The notes: a model not told the origin generated them from the sequence alone. Counted from the first letter of the whole stretch, positions 25,322-37,850 are shown. The stretch: 63,942 nt of DNA, filler included, from Reticulomyxa filosa (GCA_000512085.1; 19 parts of 19 records of this genome joined end to end with filler, not necessarily neighbours in it), one strand, 5' to 3'. Numbers and translations: made by a program.

Positions 25322-27027
25322 TTAATAAACTCGTTTTTTTGGAGGGACATGATGCATGTTTGAGTTCAAAGGTTGCATATGCACATCTCTCTTGCCAAGT
25401 ATGACAGATTTTTTTCCTTGGTTTTCATTGTCTCTCCACGACAAGGTATGGAAGAGCCATTTGTCATCGTCTCTGTTGGGGAAATCTTCTCTGGCATGTG
25501 CACCACGAGATTCTTTACGATTTTCGGCCGAGTACACTGTTTGTACGGCGTTTTCCAAGAGATTTTGTAGTTCCAAAGTCTCGACCAAGTCAGTGTTCCA
25601 AATCAAGCCTTTGTCAGTGACTTTGACATCTTCGTTGAATATCTTGATGCATTCTTCGACTTTTGTAACACCTTCTTGCAAATTGGGTCCATCTCGGAAC
25701 ACAGCGGCGTGGTTTTGCATGGTGCGTTGGAGTCTGTCTCGAATGGTGGCGGTGCTGGTCGAGCCCTTAGAGTATCGAAGTTTATCGATATTTTCAATGC
25801 TGTGCAGTCCGGCGTTGGGTGGCAAAGGAGCGAGCGAGGAGTTGGGTTTGATCTCCGAGGCGACCGTCAAAGCGCACGAGCGTCCAAAAATGACCAAATC
25901 CAATAGGGAGTTTGCGCCCAATCGATTGGCGCCGTGAACCGAGGCACACGCAGCCTCTCCACAAGCCAGTAATCCCGGGATGATCACGTCCTTTCCTTCA
26001 GAGTCTACCGTCACACACTTGCCGTTCCACAACGTGGGTACGCCTCCCATGTTGTAATGCACCGTGGGCAAGACCGGGATGGGCTCTTTGGTAATGTCAA
26101 CGCCGGCAAAGATGGCGGCTGTTTCCTTGATGCCGGGCAAGCGCTCGTTCAGCAAATCAGGAGGCAAATGATCCAAGTGCAAATGCAAGTGGTCTTTCAG
26201 GGGTCCACAGCCTCTTCCTTGTCTAATCTCCAATGTCATGGAGCGGGACACGACATCACGAGACGCCAAGTCTTTGGCCGTCGGGGCATATCTCTCCATA
26301 AATCGCTCTCCCTCACCGTTGCGCAGATAGCCGCCCTCTCCACGACAACCTTCCGTCATCAAACATCCAGCACCGTAGATGCCCGTGGGATGGAACTGAA
26401 CAAATTCCATGTCTTCCAAGGGGAAATTGGCACGTGAGACCATGGCGTTGCCATCTCCCGTGCACGTGTGAGCCGAGGTGCAACTGAAATAGGCTCGGCC
26501 ATAACCTCCCGTGCGATAATTACCCGATGAGCATTGAAACGATGGAAGGTTCCATCTTCCAAACAAAGTGCCATCACTCCTCGCACCGCTCCACTATCGT
26601 CCTTAATCAAGTCCGTTGCAAAGTACTCCACAAAATACGACGTGTCATATTTCAAACTCTGCCCATACATTGTGTGAAGCATTGCATGTCCGGTTCGGTC
26701 TGCTGCTGCCGCACATCGGTACGCTTGGCCTCCTTGTCCAAACTGTGTCGATTGACCTCCAAATGCCCTCTGATAGATTTTACCGTCCTCCGTTCGTGAA
26801 AATGGAAGTCCAAACGATTCCAACTCTCGCACTGCCACTGGCGCGTTTTCACACATGTATTGGATGCTGTCTTGGTCTCCCAACCAATCCGAGCCTTTCA
26901 CCGTGTCGTACGCGTGCCATCGCCAGTCGTCTTCATGCATATTCCCCAGTGCTGCGTTTATGCCTCCTTGTGCTGCCACTGTATGCGATCGCGTCGGAAA
27001 CAGTTTTGTCACGCAGGCCACTTTCAA
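25322..27027 (-). CDS. SDHA: Succinate dehydrogenase flavoprotein subunit, 5'-partial, one apparent frameshift at ~26512
   Basis: [16 protein letters not shown] (FAD-binding His), [51 protein letters not shown]. Confidence 0.97.
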
Positions 27028-27028
27028 A

Positions 27029-27064
<36 letters not shown>

Positions 27065-27164
27065 NNNNNNNNNNNNNNNNNNNNNNNNNNNNNNNNNNNN
27101 NNNNNNNNTTAATTAATTAANNNNNNNNNNNNNNNNNNNNNNNNNNNNNNNNNNNNNNNNNNNN

Positions 27165-27960
27165 TGTTGTTGTTGTTGTTGTTGTTGGATTTGTACTTGC
27201 TGCTGTGGCGGAAGTGCTTGCACTTTTGCCTTTGTCTTTGTTTTTGCTTGGCTTTGTGTTTGCACGTGTGCTAACGGCTCCTTTGTCTTTCGATGTACTT
27301 GCTGATTGCAATGAAGGACGAGGAGGAGGAGGAGGAGGAGGAGGAGGAGGAGAAGAAGAAGAAGCAGCTTGTGGTTTTGTTTGATTTGTCGCTGGTTGGC
27401 CAGCCTTCTGATTATCTTTTTTGTCTTTTTTATTTGATTTGAAGGCCTCGCTTTGTTTTTGTCCGGCTGTGCCTTTCACCGGCTTTTGTTCCTTTGTTTT
27501 GTTTTTTTTAATATATTAAAACGAAGCAGCTCGTTTTAATATGTACAATATATATTAGCGTGTGAACATCTCCTTCCTCGTAACTCCGAAGTGATTTATG
27601 TATTCATTAATATAAATAAATACATATGCATATATAAATGTATGTAATGAAATATAGAAAACACTTTGGCAGATTGGGCAAAGTTACAACTACTGTGATA
27701 ATACAATCCGTTGCTCTTTTTCAATAAATCATTTTTTCTTTGAAGTGGACTCCGATATATCGTTGGACAGAAATCTCCAGAAATTATTGACTCTTGTCCA
27801 CTGAGCCAATTATTTTCGACCAAATTTGTATTATTTAGTCCACTTACATATCGTGGCAAAACTCCTGCTGATGCTCTTCCTTTCCAATTTTATTTATTGT
27901 GATGTTGTTCTCTTCGTGCACTCCTCCTTTGCCGTCCGTTTGAAAATATTACTTCCTCAG
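27165..27960 (-). CDS. Hypothetical multi-exon low-complexity protein, 3'-partial
   Basis: ORFs 27596-27859 and 27165-27479 (poly-Pro, poly-Thr, Lys-rich). Confidence 0.45.
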
Positions 27961-28651
27961 AAAAAGAAACACGTCAACTATTCAATAGGCAACAATTTTG
28001 AGTTACTGATAAGAGAGAATGAGCTCTCAAGGTGCACCGGAAACGATTCATCAGTCAAGTGCTGTGCTACCTTGTTTTTTTTACACCGAAACATTTTTTT
28101 GTTGCAGTTTCCACGCCATAAAATACTCACAGAAGCATAAATACTTGAACAAAAGTTTCGACAGGTATGGTTTGATAAGCAGTTTTTTAACTACAAACTT
28201 CCTCATTAACCTCAATTTGAAAATGTTGTATTTATTTAAAAAAAATAAAAAGACTATTTAATTTGTTATTAGTTTATCCTTTCTAGTATGAAAGAACGTC
28301 AGCCAAAGCCAATGATAATCTCTATGGCTTGGTTTGCTGGTAGGAACGTAATTGTTCGTCATACTTAAAAAATGAAAAGTGACCCAGCACATAACAACGT
28401 CATTGAAGTATAGGCCTACCCAAAGCCATGACTTTTTTAGTCGATATAACTCCCAAAAACTGAAGATTTTGAAAATAGAATAAGAAAAAAAAGAAGAGAA
28501 GGAAAAAAAAAACCAAAAAATGGATAGTTTAGAAATTTCTTGTTCTTCCGTGACTCTTAAACGTTGTTCTGTTCCTTTTCTTTGTCACGGCGACGATCCT
28601 CACTGTTTAGTCAAAAAAAGACACAAATGTACGTAAAAAAAAATCCACCGC

Positions 28652-29476
28652 TTATGTGCTTAAAGTGCGACTTAACACGTCTTTTTCTTTGTGGTCATCG
28701 TCGTCGTGGTCGTGGTCATGGTCATGGTCATGATCATGGTCATGGTCATGATCATGGTTGTGCTTATGCTCTTTTTTGCCCTGCTTATGATCATGTTTGT
28801 GTTCTTTGCCATCATTTTTTTGGGCTTTGTCCTCTTTGCGTTCTTGTTCACGAGCATCTTTAACGTTGTCACCGCAATAGGGTGGGCACAAAGCTTCATG
28901 AATTTTCAGGTGATGGTCACGAGGATATTCGATCTGAATAGTTGAGTGTTGGATATGAAACTCATTCTGACATATTTTTTGCGCTTTGCGTAATATACCA
29001 TCAACACAAGCCGGGATGATTTTTCCGTCCATGTCAAATGTGGTGGATTTAACCAACAGATGGACTGACAACGCTGGTTTTCCAACTGACAAATTCCATA
29101 CGTGTAAGTCATGTACGTCCGCAACGTCAGGTAAGTCTGCCTGTGAAGCATCCACACAAACATCAAAAATTCAAAACTAGTTACAAAATCGTTTTAATGA
29201 GTATGTGTGTTTATATACATATACATATATGTATATGTGTATATAAACACAAACACACAATTATTGTCTAACCAAAGCTTCAGTAAGTTTAAGCAAATTG
29301 ATATGCTTAGGGACGTTTTCCATCAAAACGTCCAATGCATCTCTCACTAGTGTGGTGGTGGTAAACACTACAATCACCGAAAAAATCAACGTACAAATGG
29401 GATCTAAAAGGCGTAATTTATGATCTGCCCAAATAAACGCAGCTGCCACCACAACACCAACCGATTGCACTAAATC
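28652..29476 (-). CDS. CDF/SLC30 (ZnT) zinc transporter, C-terminal part, with His-Asp tail
   Basis: DLVQSVGVVVAA..LDPICTLIFSVIV..DVLMENVP; VHDLHVWNLSVGKPALSVHL..FHIQHSTIQIE; (HD)n tail. Confidence 0.92.
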
Positions 29477-29517
29477 TGTTCATTCCAACAATTTCATACA
29501 TTCGCATACAATCAAGC

Positions 29518-29555
<38 letters not shown>

Positions 29556-29766
29556 NNNNNNNNNNNNNNNNNNNNNNNNNNNNNNNNNNNNNNNNNNNNT
29601 TAATTAATTAANNNNNNNNNNNNNNNNNNNNNNNNNNNNNNNNNNNNNNNNNNNNGATTTTCAACAAAATCTTTGAAAATAGTTGTTCAACTTTTTTTAT
29701 AGTTGTAAAGAATGTTTGAAAATAAAAAGATAATTTATTTGAAATGTTTTTAACATAAATATCAAC

Positions 29767-31130
29767 TCATTGTTCATTAAATGCTTCATACGCATGTGAT
29801 TTTGATATTGTTTCATTAATGATAGTAGTAGAATTAAAAGTATCTTTGATTATTATTTTTTTTGTCAGATTTGTCAAATCCATCCAATAAACACAAATGA
29901 AAATATTTCTACGAATGACATCCATTATCTTTTTATTGACTTGTCCCATTTGCAAATCTTGAGAAATGATTTGATTCATTAGATTCATTATAACATTTTG
30001 GTAATGCGATATATAAACAATAATTTTTTTTTACAATCAGGACAACTAAAAGATGTCTTATATGAAATGAATCACACACTGATAATTTGACCTTTGATGC
30101 TGATTTCACTTGTCGGATATCATTTATCAATTCAATTATTTTTGCATCCTTTTTTACAGATTCATGTTGTAAAGCATCGATTTTTATTTTTATTTTATTT
30201 CAACAGTTCAAGTATTAATAAATTGAAATCAAATAATATTTAAATAAAACTGTGTACATTAAGTTGTTGAATTTCTGTGATACTTTTCAAATTCACAAAA
30301 ACACAAAAATAATGACAAAACTGTTTTCACTTTTTCAGTTTGCAATTACGATTGCAACTCTTTGATCAATGCAATAATTTGTTCAATTGAAATTAATTTA
30401 CATGATTTATTCAAATGATTTTTCATTTTTTTTTATAACTGCATTGTCTCCTCTTTTGATTACCTCTTTTTCAAATCATATCATTGAGGACAAATTATTA
30501 TCAGTAGGTCTAAAATTTGTTGCCTCGAAGATTTTACTCTTTACAAATTCGCAATGATATCATGTTGTTGAATTGGACATTTTCCATTGCTTTGTTTCAA
30601 ATATTTTTGCAGACATTCTTCTCCAAACATTAAACAATATTTATATTCATTACTTTATTCAATGTATTTCTTTCTCCAATTATGTTTTGTCATTTTGGAT
30701 AGCTACAGATTGATACTCTCTTGAATATGATGACTTTTTATTTTAATTGTTTTTTCATTATTTATAACAGTGTTCAATGGCTATCAGTTGATCTAAATAA
30801 AAAAGGAAAAAAGAAAATATCATTGAATTTCATTGGTATGAAATAATTATTGAAAATTTATCATTTAAACAAGTGCATCTCTCTAAATATAACATTCAAA
30901 AGCAAATAATTCAATACATTTCTTTCTTTTTTTGTGTTTTCAACAAAATTACAAATAAAATGTCACTTGTACTATGATTGCTATTTGATAAAGCTTTGCT
31001 TTTTATCTGAATACTTTATATTACTTTTGATTTTGCTTTATTATTTATACTAACTTGAGATAATCTTGAAACACTCTTTTCTAGAAAAATAACTCAGTTC
31101 TTAAATGATGGAGCAATCTCGTTTCATTCC
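29767..31130 (-). pseudogene. Degenerate RING/TRAF-like zinc-finger family gene
   Basis: FGEECLQKYLKQSNGKCPIQQH at ~30565-30630 amid stops and frameshifts; 30960-31152 is similar to 51180-51542. Confidence 0.55.
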
Positions 31131-32111
31131 TAAAAAAGAAAACTACTCAAAGGTTGTATTTGTGTCAAGTTTTTTACTTTTAATCCTTTTCTGCAATTGA
31201 ACTTTTAAATTGTTTAAATTGAAAAGTCGTAAAGTTTTCCCCTTTTTGTAGGGAACAACCAAGTAAGAAAAAAAAAATTAAATATTTTGTATTTGTTTTT
31301 TGCGTGAAATTTTCAAATNNNNNNNNNNNNNNNNNNNNNNNNNNNNNNNNNNNNNNNNNNNNTTAATTAATTAANNNNNNNNNNNNNNNNNNNNNNNNNN
31401 NNNNNNNNNNNNNNNNNNAGAATTCGATAAAAGAAGAAATTTCGCACAACCAGTTTATCAATAATTATAGATTCACCAAGATGTTATTAAGTCTTTTTTT
31501 TCCTTAATTTAATTTGGAATTTTTTGGTTATGAAAAATTTTTTGGAGATTTTGAGATAATAGCACGTTGAGACAAATCTCACGCTACTTTCTCTTAAGCG
31601 AGCTGTTTGTGGTCGGTTGGAACAAATTCCTCACTTCGTTCAGATCGTTTGAGAATTAGCGAATTTTTTTAATGATCTTTTAGTTGTAAATTTTAGTTAG
31701 AAAAAAAAGACATAGTGTTCAATTTGGTGTCATAATTTGTCCGTTTAACAACATTTTCAATTTATTTACGTTTTTATGGTTGGGCTATGTCCCTTTGGGG
31801 CGGGGTCATATAACCATTCTTCCAAAAAAAAAAAAATATATGATTAGATAAAAAAACTGAATACATTAAGGCAAAGGACATAATATTAAATCATTATATC
31901 GTTCGTCAAAAGTTCATTCAGTAATTCACATAAATTATAATTCAATTGAATAAGCAAGTCAACAAAAAGAAAATGTAAAAGTCAAATTGGTTTTATGCAG
32001 AAACAGTAATCAATACATAAAAATATATCCAAAATACATTTAAAAGACAAAAATGAAACAAACATATTTAATTATGTTTCTTTGGAAACGAAAAGCTAAG
32101 TTCCAAACTAT

Positions 32112-32328
32112 TGTAGGGCAAGTCACTATTATAAGTATCTGAACGTCAAGGGAATGGAGGAGTCCCCGGTAGGTTAAACTTCCTCAACAACTTACAACGA
32201 CTTCTTACTTTGTTACTTTTCTTTACTTTCCTTTTGTTATTTCGTTTTACGAAAACTCCTATTCTCTTTTAAGTAAACACCGCTCGTATTACAGTTAGTG
32301 CACCAACACTATCAGCAGACGTCCCACA
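32112..32328. mobile_element. 217-bp TG...CA element with 4-bp TSD CTAT (solo-LTR-like)
   Basis: CTAT|TGTAGGGCAAGTC...GACGTCCCACA|CTAT; first ~49 bp recur at 40951-40999. Confidence 0.8.
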
Positions 32329-33761
32329 CTATATGAAAATATTTTAGAAAATGTACTAACATGTAATCAAGAAAATTGTCAATTTTCAAGCATATTGAAA
32401 ACATTATGATAACCAATCTCACAACAGGCTATCAGATATCTTTTTTAATATTGGTCACTATGCAAAAAATTGTGGCGTGGAAGAAATTTTAAAGCATGAA
32501 ACAGTTAATATTGCAGGGCCAGTCTTTTTGAGAAATTTAACGAAATGTAAGCTAAATTAAATAGTGTACTAAAAAAAGTATTTGAAAACAAAAAAGTTAG
32601 ATAAAGTAAGAAAATGTTAAGTAAAGCGACCAGGAGAGCCCAATAGAACGTCACTTCGATGTTTGTCAATACACTGCACTACTTATTCTGAAAACAAAGC
32701 CTAGAAAGATCAAGATACTGTTGCAAATTTCATTGAATTTATCTCTTCCAATTTTGGATTTTTTTGAAAATAAAAAAGAAGGGCACATATACAAAACCAA
32801 CCGAAACAATGCCAACAACATACAAAATTTTAATTGCGTTATTTATTTATGAACAAGGTTCAAAGACAACAGACTATTTCACCCTTTTATCTTTCAAACA
32901 GATGAAAGAAAAAAGGTGAGAAGAACGAAGAAAAAAAAAAAAAAAAAAGCCCATCATAAATTTCATCATTAATTAATTGTTCTTTGTTTTTTTCTTTCTG
33001 TTCTATTCTGTTCTGTCTCTTCATCTATCGATTCATACTTCTCATTTGTTCAAGTGTTCCATGCACTCGAGCGCCACTTGCCCATACGCAACAACGTAAC
33101 AATAATTGTGATCCAATATTTCATAATGTTTTATCTACCTCTCTTTCTCTTCTCTCGACAAAGTTTTCAAAGCAAAACAAAGCAAAAACAAAAACAAAAA
33201 TAAAACAACAAACCATAACGAAAGAGAGAACAGGAGAAAGAGAAGAGCGCAAAGCCGGGGGAAAAACAAACAATTCATCCAGAAGTGGATTGTGTCAAGA
33301 AAGCAAGAGGAAAGGAGACCAAAAACAAAAAGAGCATAGCCGATCAACACAAAACACGCATTTGACAGCTTCTTCCTTCTTTTTTTTGCCATCTTAATTG
33401 ACAAAAAAAGAGAAGGGGAAAAAAGCAAAGCCGAACAAAACAAAAAAAACGCAAGCAAACAAATTTTTTTGTTTTGTTAAATAATTTTTTTTTCTTTTGT
33501 TTGATAATATATGAAAAAAAATCTAAAAAAAAAAGCACGCATACAAACTTTCCAAGTTTAAAAGAATTAAAGGTTGGTTTTAAAAAACTTTTCTCGTAAA
33601 CCTCAAAAAAACCTCTTTGAAATTGATTCGAGATTTATATATATGAGCAGCAAAAAATTTGCGCCGTGTCCCCTTTTTTTTGGAAAACTTAAAAGAAACG
33701 AAAAGATTTAGAGCAAACAAAAAAAAACAAACATAAAAAGAATGCAACAACAATGAAGGAT

Positions 33762-36700
33762 TTATTTTCGTCGACACTTGACACGAACACTTCCAATGTC
33801 GTTGGATTCGCCCAGGGAACACTTTTTACTTAAAAGCTTGTCGTCTTTGCAAATGCTAAACTTGAAGCGACATTGATAGCAAATGGTGAATACATTGGAA
33901 GGTCTGCAGAGCTCCGAGATTTCAGGGGGGGCGTGTTCTTGCAAATGCTTTGAAATGTGGTTAATGTCCACATACATGGATGGCTGTGCCCGCAAACAGC
34001 TGACAATTTGCGGCGAAATGACGGGCGTAGAAATGCGTCCGGAGAGTTCTTCCACCACTCCGTAGTACAGAGCGTAATCGATCGATTTTTCAATCCATTT
34101 TTGGGCAGGAACACCTCCCATCAGCACTTGGTCTTCAATCGATGGGTAATTGCGGCGCAGCGACGCAGACACCTCTTCGCGAGTGGGGTTGCCACCAAAC
34201 GATTGCTTTGACAATTGTCGCACCGTTTGAATTACCAGATTCGCTCGCACCGTTTTGTCATTTGGATACAAGGCGTTTTTCTTCGGTCCACGTGCTTGCC
34301 CCCTTGTTGCTGTTGCGATTGCGGTTGCTGCTGTTGCGATGGCCTTTTCCATTTTGGAATTGTCGCCGTCGTTGTCGTTGTCGTTATTGCTGCTCCTGTT
34401 GTTGATGGCACTGCTGCTCCTGTTGTTGCTACCGTCGCAGCAGGCAATGTCAGAGTGTCGTTGCTTTTTTCGACACGTGGCTCCTCTACTATCTCCTGCC
34501 ACGTGGGCAAAATATGGTCAAATAAAGTGGACTCGTTAATCAAATCAGATTGCGACGGCACAATGTTTTCTAGGAAAAATTTTGAATCCCATTCGGTTGG
34601 GGTCACTTTCAAGTCATCCAATGATACTTGTTCATCAAATACTTGAGGGGAGAGAGATAGAGAAACAAGATATTTTCGATTTGTTTGTTTTATTGGTATT
34701 TACAAACAACAAACATTTTTGTTCTTCCTCCCCATGTTTGTTTTTTTTTTTTAAAAAAAAAAAAGTGTCTTACAATTCAAAGCGAAGGCCGATTTGGTGG
34801 CATTTGCGCTTTTTGCACACGCAGTGTCATTTTCATGGAGGGATGAAAGCTGTACGACAGCAGCGTCAGCGATCTCAATGTACGGTGCACCTCGCCCATC
34901 CTCGCCATTCGATGTCAATACAGTGGCATTATGTTTTGGATTGTCTTTGGAGGTACTGGCAAGTGGCATTTCGCTTTTCAAGCCCTTGGCGTCCTGTCTT
35001 TTGTCTGCGCTGGTCACCCCACTTTCATGTTTGTTGTTGCTACTAACATCGCTACTACTGCCGTTGCTACCACTGTTGCTGCTGGCGCTATTCTTGTTCG
35101 CAGTGCCACCACCTGCCTTGCCAGTGTTGCTGCTCCCGCTCTTCACTTTCGGTTTTTCATAGAAAAAAGCTAATGCATGGTGAATGCTGTTGGTCACCTT
35201 GTCGTAGTTGTAGCTTTTATTCTTGTTGTTACCATTGCTCGCATCCGCGTTGTCCGCATCTACATCGACTTCCATTTCAATGGCAACTCCTGCTTCCGTC
35301 TGCGCATCCGTACGTCGTGCCACTTTCAGGTTCTTTTCAATATCCTCCGAAGTTACGTAAGGAAAAGGGATGGCCGGCTTGGCTTCGCTATTTTTTGGAG
35401 ACATTGGCATCTTTGTGTTTTTCATATCCGCTTCCGTGATCACTGTGGATCTGCTACTGTTGTTATGGATATTACCACTGTTTTTGTTATTCGCATTGTT
35501 GCCATTGTTGTTATTATTGCCATTACTACCGTTGTTGTTGTCACCATCGCCAAAATGCTCCCGCTGTCCTTTCTTTTCAGGCGAATGATGTTCTTTGTTT
35601 CCATTGGTGGCTGTGACGGGTCTGTAGGTTGAGTGTGCTGGATGAAGATGGGCATTGGACACTACGTCTGCCATCGATCCGAGCTGGGGTGTCAGCGACA
35701 CATTCAAGGGGTGATGAGACGCGTCATGGGGACCTCCGTCACTTTCGGCTGTCGGTCTTGGCTGTGATTTCGAACGATACTCGCCACCACTGCCAACTGC
35801 GACCAGACTGTTTGCTGTGTCTTTGTCGCGCTTTTCGTTGTTGTCACGATTCGAGTCAAACGTGGACGCCGGGGTGTGCGAATGAGTATGACCATGATTA
35901 TGGCCATTACCATGACCATGACCATGACCATTACCATGGCCGTGCGAATAGCCACGAAAATACCCGCGATCATGACCGTAATTCGTATTGCCGTGGTTGT
36001 GATTATGATTGGAGCCGGAGTTATATGAATAGCCACCTCCTGAGGCTTGGGCCTGTGTCAGCATGCCGTTGTGGTAGGACCGATTCATTGTATCTGGATA
36101 GCCATCAAAAGACTGGCGATTGCGGCCAGCATTAAATGCAGGATGTGGTCTATACACACATACAAAACAATTAAATAAACAAAAATAATAAATTATTTTT
36201 TTAAAAAAAAAAAAACCGGTGAAATGAGGAATGATTGTTATAATGAGGTGAAGAATGATTGGAATCCAAAAAGCGCTGATTTCTTTTGCTAAACGGATTT
36301 TCGACATTGCTCAATTGCTCAAAAAAAGGCACGACAAAGTCGACGTGAGATTTCAATGATTCTCGAACATGGGTGGTTTTGGTGATCAAAATGATCGACG
36401 ATATTTGCGGGCGTCCGTGTAGTCGCGACAATACATAACCAAAGTCCGAATCGCCGCTTATCAAGCATATCACGCCACGCTGTTTGCGTTGCGCCAAATC
36501 CGCCGCATTCAACGCCAAGTCCGCTATTATCCGCTTGTCCACTGATTCTTGTTTCCGTTTTGTCGGTACGTCCATTATACGCACCCCACTGTCCGTAAAG
36601 TCTTCACGTGCCTTAAAGTGTATTCGATCTGCCGCGCAATACAACAAGATTTCCTTTTTTTTTTTATCCTTTCAAATCTTATCTCATGTAATGGATTCAA

Positions 36701-37100
36701 GGACACACGTCTTGTTTTTTTTTTTTTTTGGAGTTGATGACGTTTTTAGTTCCAGTTTTTTTTTGTTTCCTTTTGAAAACATAAAAAAAAAATGCGCACT
36801 CAACTTTTTGAGCTGAGTATTGCAACTTGTCGTCTACCACCCGCTTTATTTCTTTCACTACGTATGCAACTGCATCTGTCATCGCGCACGGACAGTTTTC
36901 ATAGTCCCAAAATATTGTCACCAATGATGCTCTTTCCTCTCCCTTGTTTTATAACACAACAAAAAATTTTTTGGATTGTGATGCAACAGGGGCATAAGAA
37001 AAAAAAAGGGGGAAAAGAAAAAGAACCTATACAAGTTTTTTTTTTGAAAAATAAATAACAAAAAACTTACTGGAAGAGTTTTTTCTCCTTCTGTCGACAT
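33762..37100 (-). CDS. NYN (LabA/DUF88-like PIN) domain ribonuclease, MARF1/limkain-b1-like; multi-exon, apparent frameshift near 34300
   Basis: TIFWDYENCP, KQESVDKRII, CLISGDSDFGYVLSRL give the NYN acidic residues; long Asn/His/Gly-rich linker; helical C-terminal domain. Confidence 0.82.
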
Positions 37101-37850
37101 TTGGAACTGAACAATTATTTGATAAATAAAAATGAATAAATCAGCTACGCAACAGTTTGATATCTTTCACTGACGCTCTTTGAAATAAGATAATTTTTTT
37201 TTTTTTATTTTTACCAATTAAAAAACAGAGCTTTTTTTTCTGTGTGACTTGTTTCCTTGGTGCAAGAGTTCAAGTTTGGGAAGTTGATTTTAGCACAACA
37301 AATGTTTCTTGAACAAACAACAGTATTTGTGATGTTAATGACGATTCTGGTATCGAAAATTGGACTTTATGCAAATTCGTTGTTCTAATCATTTTTTGTT
37401 TCAATTTTTTTATTTGAGGTCGATCAATAAAAAAGTAAATTCCATGGCTAAGTAAAATTCAAAACATTAAGTTGTGCCAGCAGCACAGCCTATTGTAACT
37501 AAGGATGAGTTCTGTCCTACACTCAATTAAGACAATTTTTATAATGCTAACATGTGAAAAGAGCAAATGTTTTTTGTACAATATATCCAGAAAAATAATC
37601 AAATTAAAATTCAAACTATTCGCAACAAACCTAACTCAACCAATAATTAAAAAAAGAAATTACAAATTACAATGACAAAATTACTGCAAAACAAATCAAT
37701 TAGTTTTCAGTCAAATATCTTTTTTACTTCTTATTCATCGAAGCAACTTGTCTTTGATAGTGGTAATACTGTGCGTGTGATATTTCTTTCCAAAAAGTTA
37801 TCATTAAATGCTACAGCTTAATCTTTTTGTTTAGTTTTCCTTTGTTTACC

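Noticed and set aside
23000-26566. GC-richer long exons as bacterial contamination or recent transfer
   Set aside because: Same contig has spliceosomal introns and poly-T tracts; SDHA is mitochondrial type and the PH domain is eukaryotic.
28288-28345. SECIS element or U4 k-turn (ATGA...AAA...GA; AGCCAATGA)
   Set aside because: Helix II pairing is poor, there is no upstream plus-strand selenoprotein, and the second GA of the U4 k-turn is absent.
32150-32175. GGAGTCCCCGG resembling RNase MRP conserved region I
   Set aside because: No partner CR-V found, and it lies inside the TSD-flanked element.
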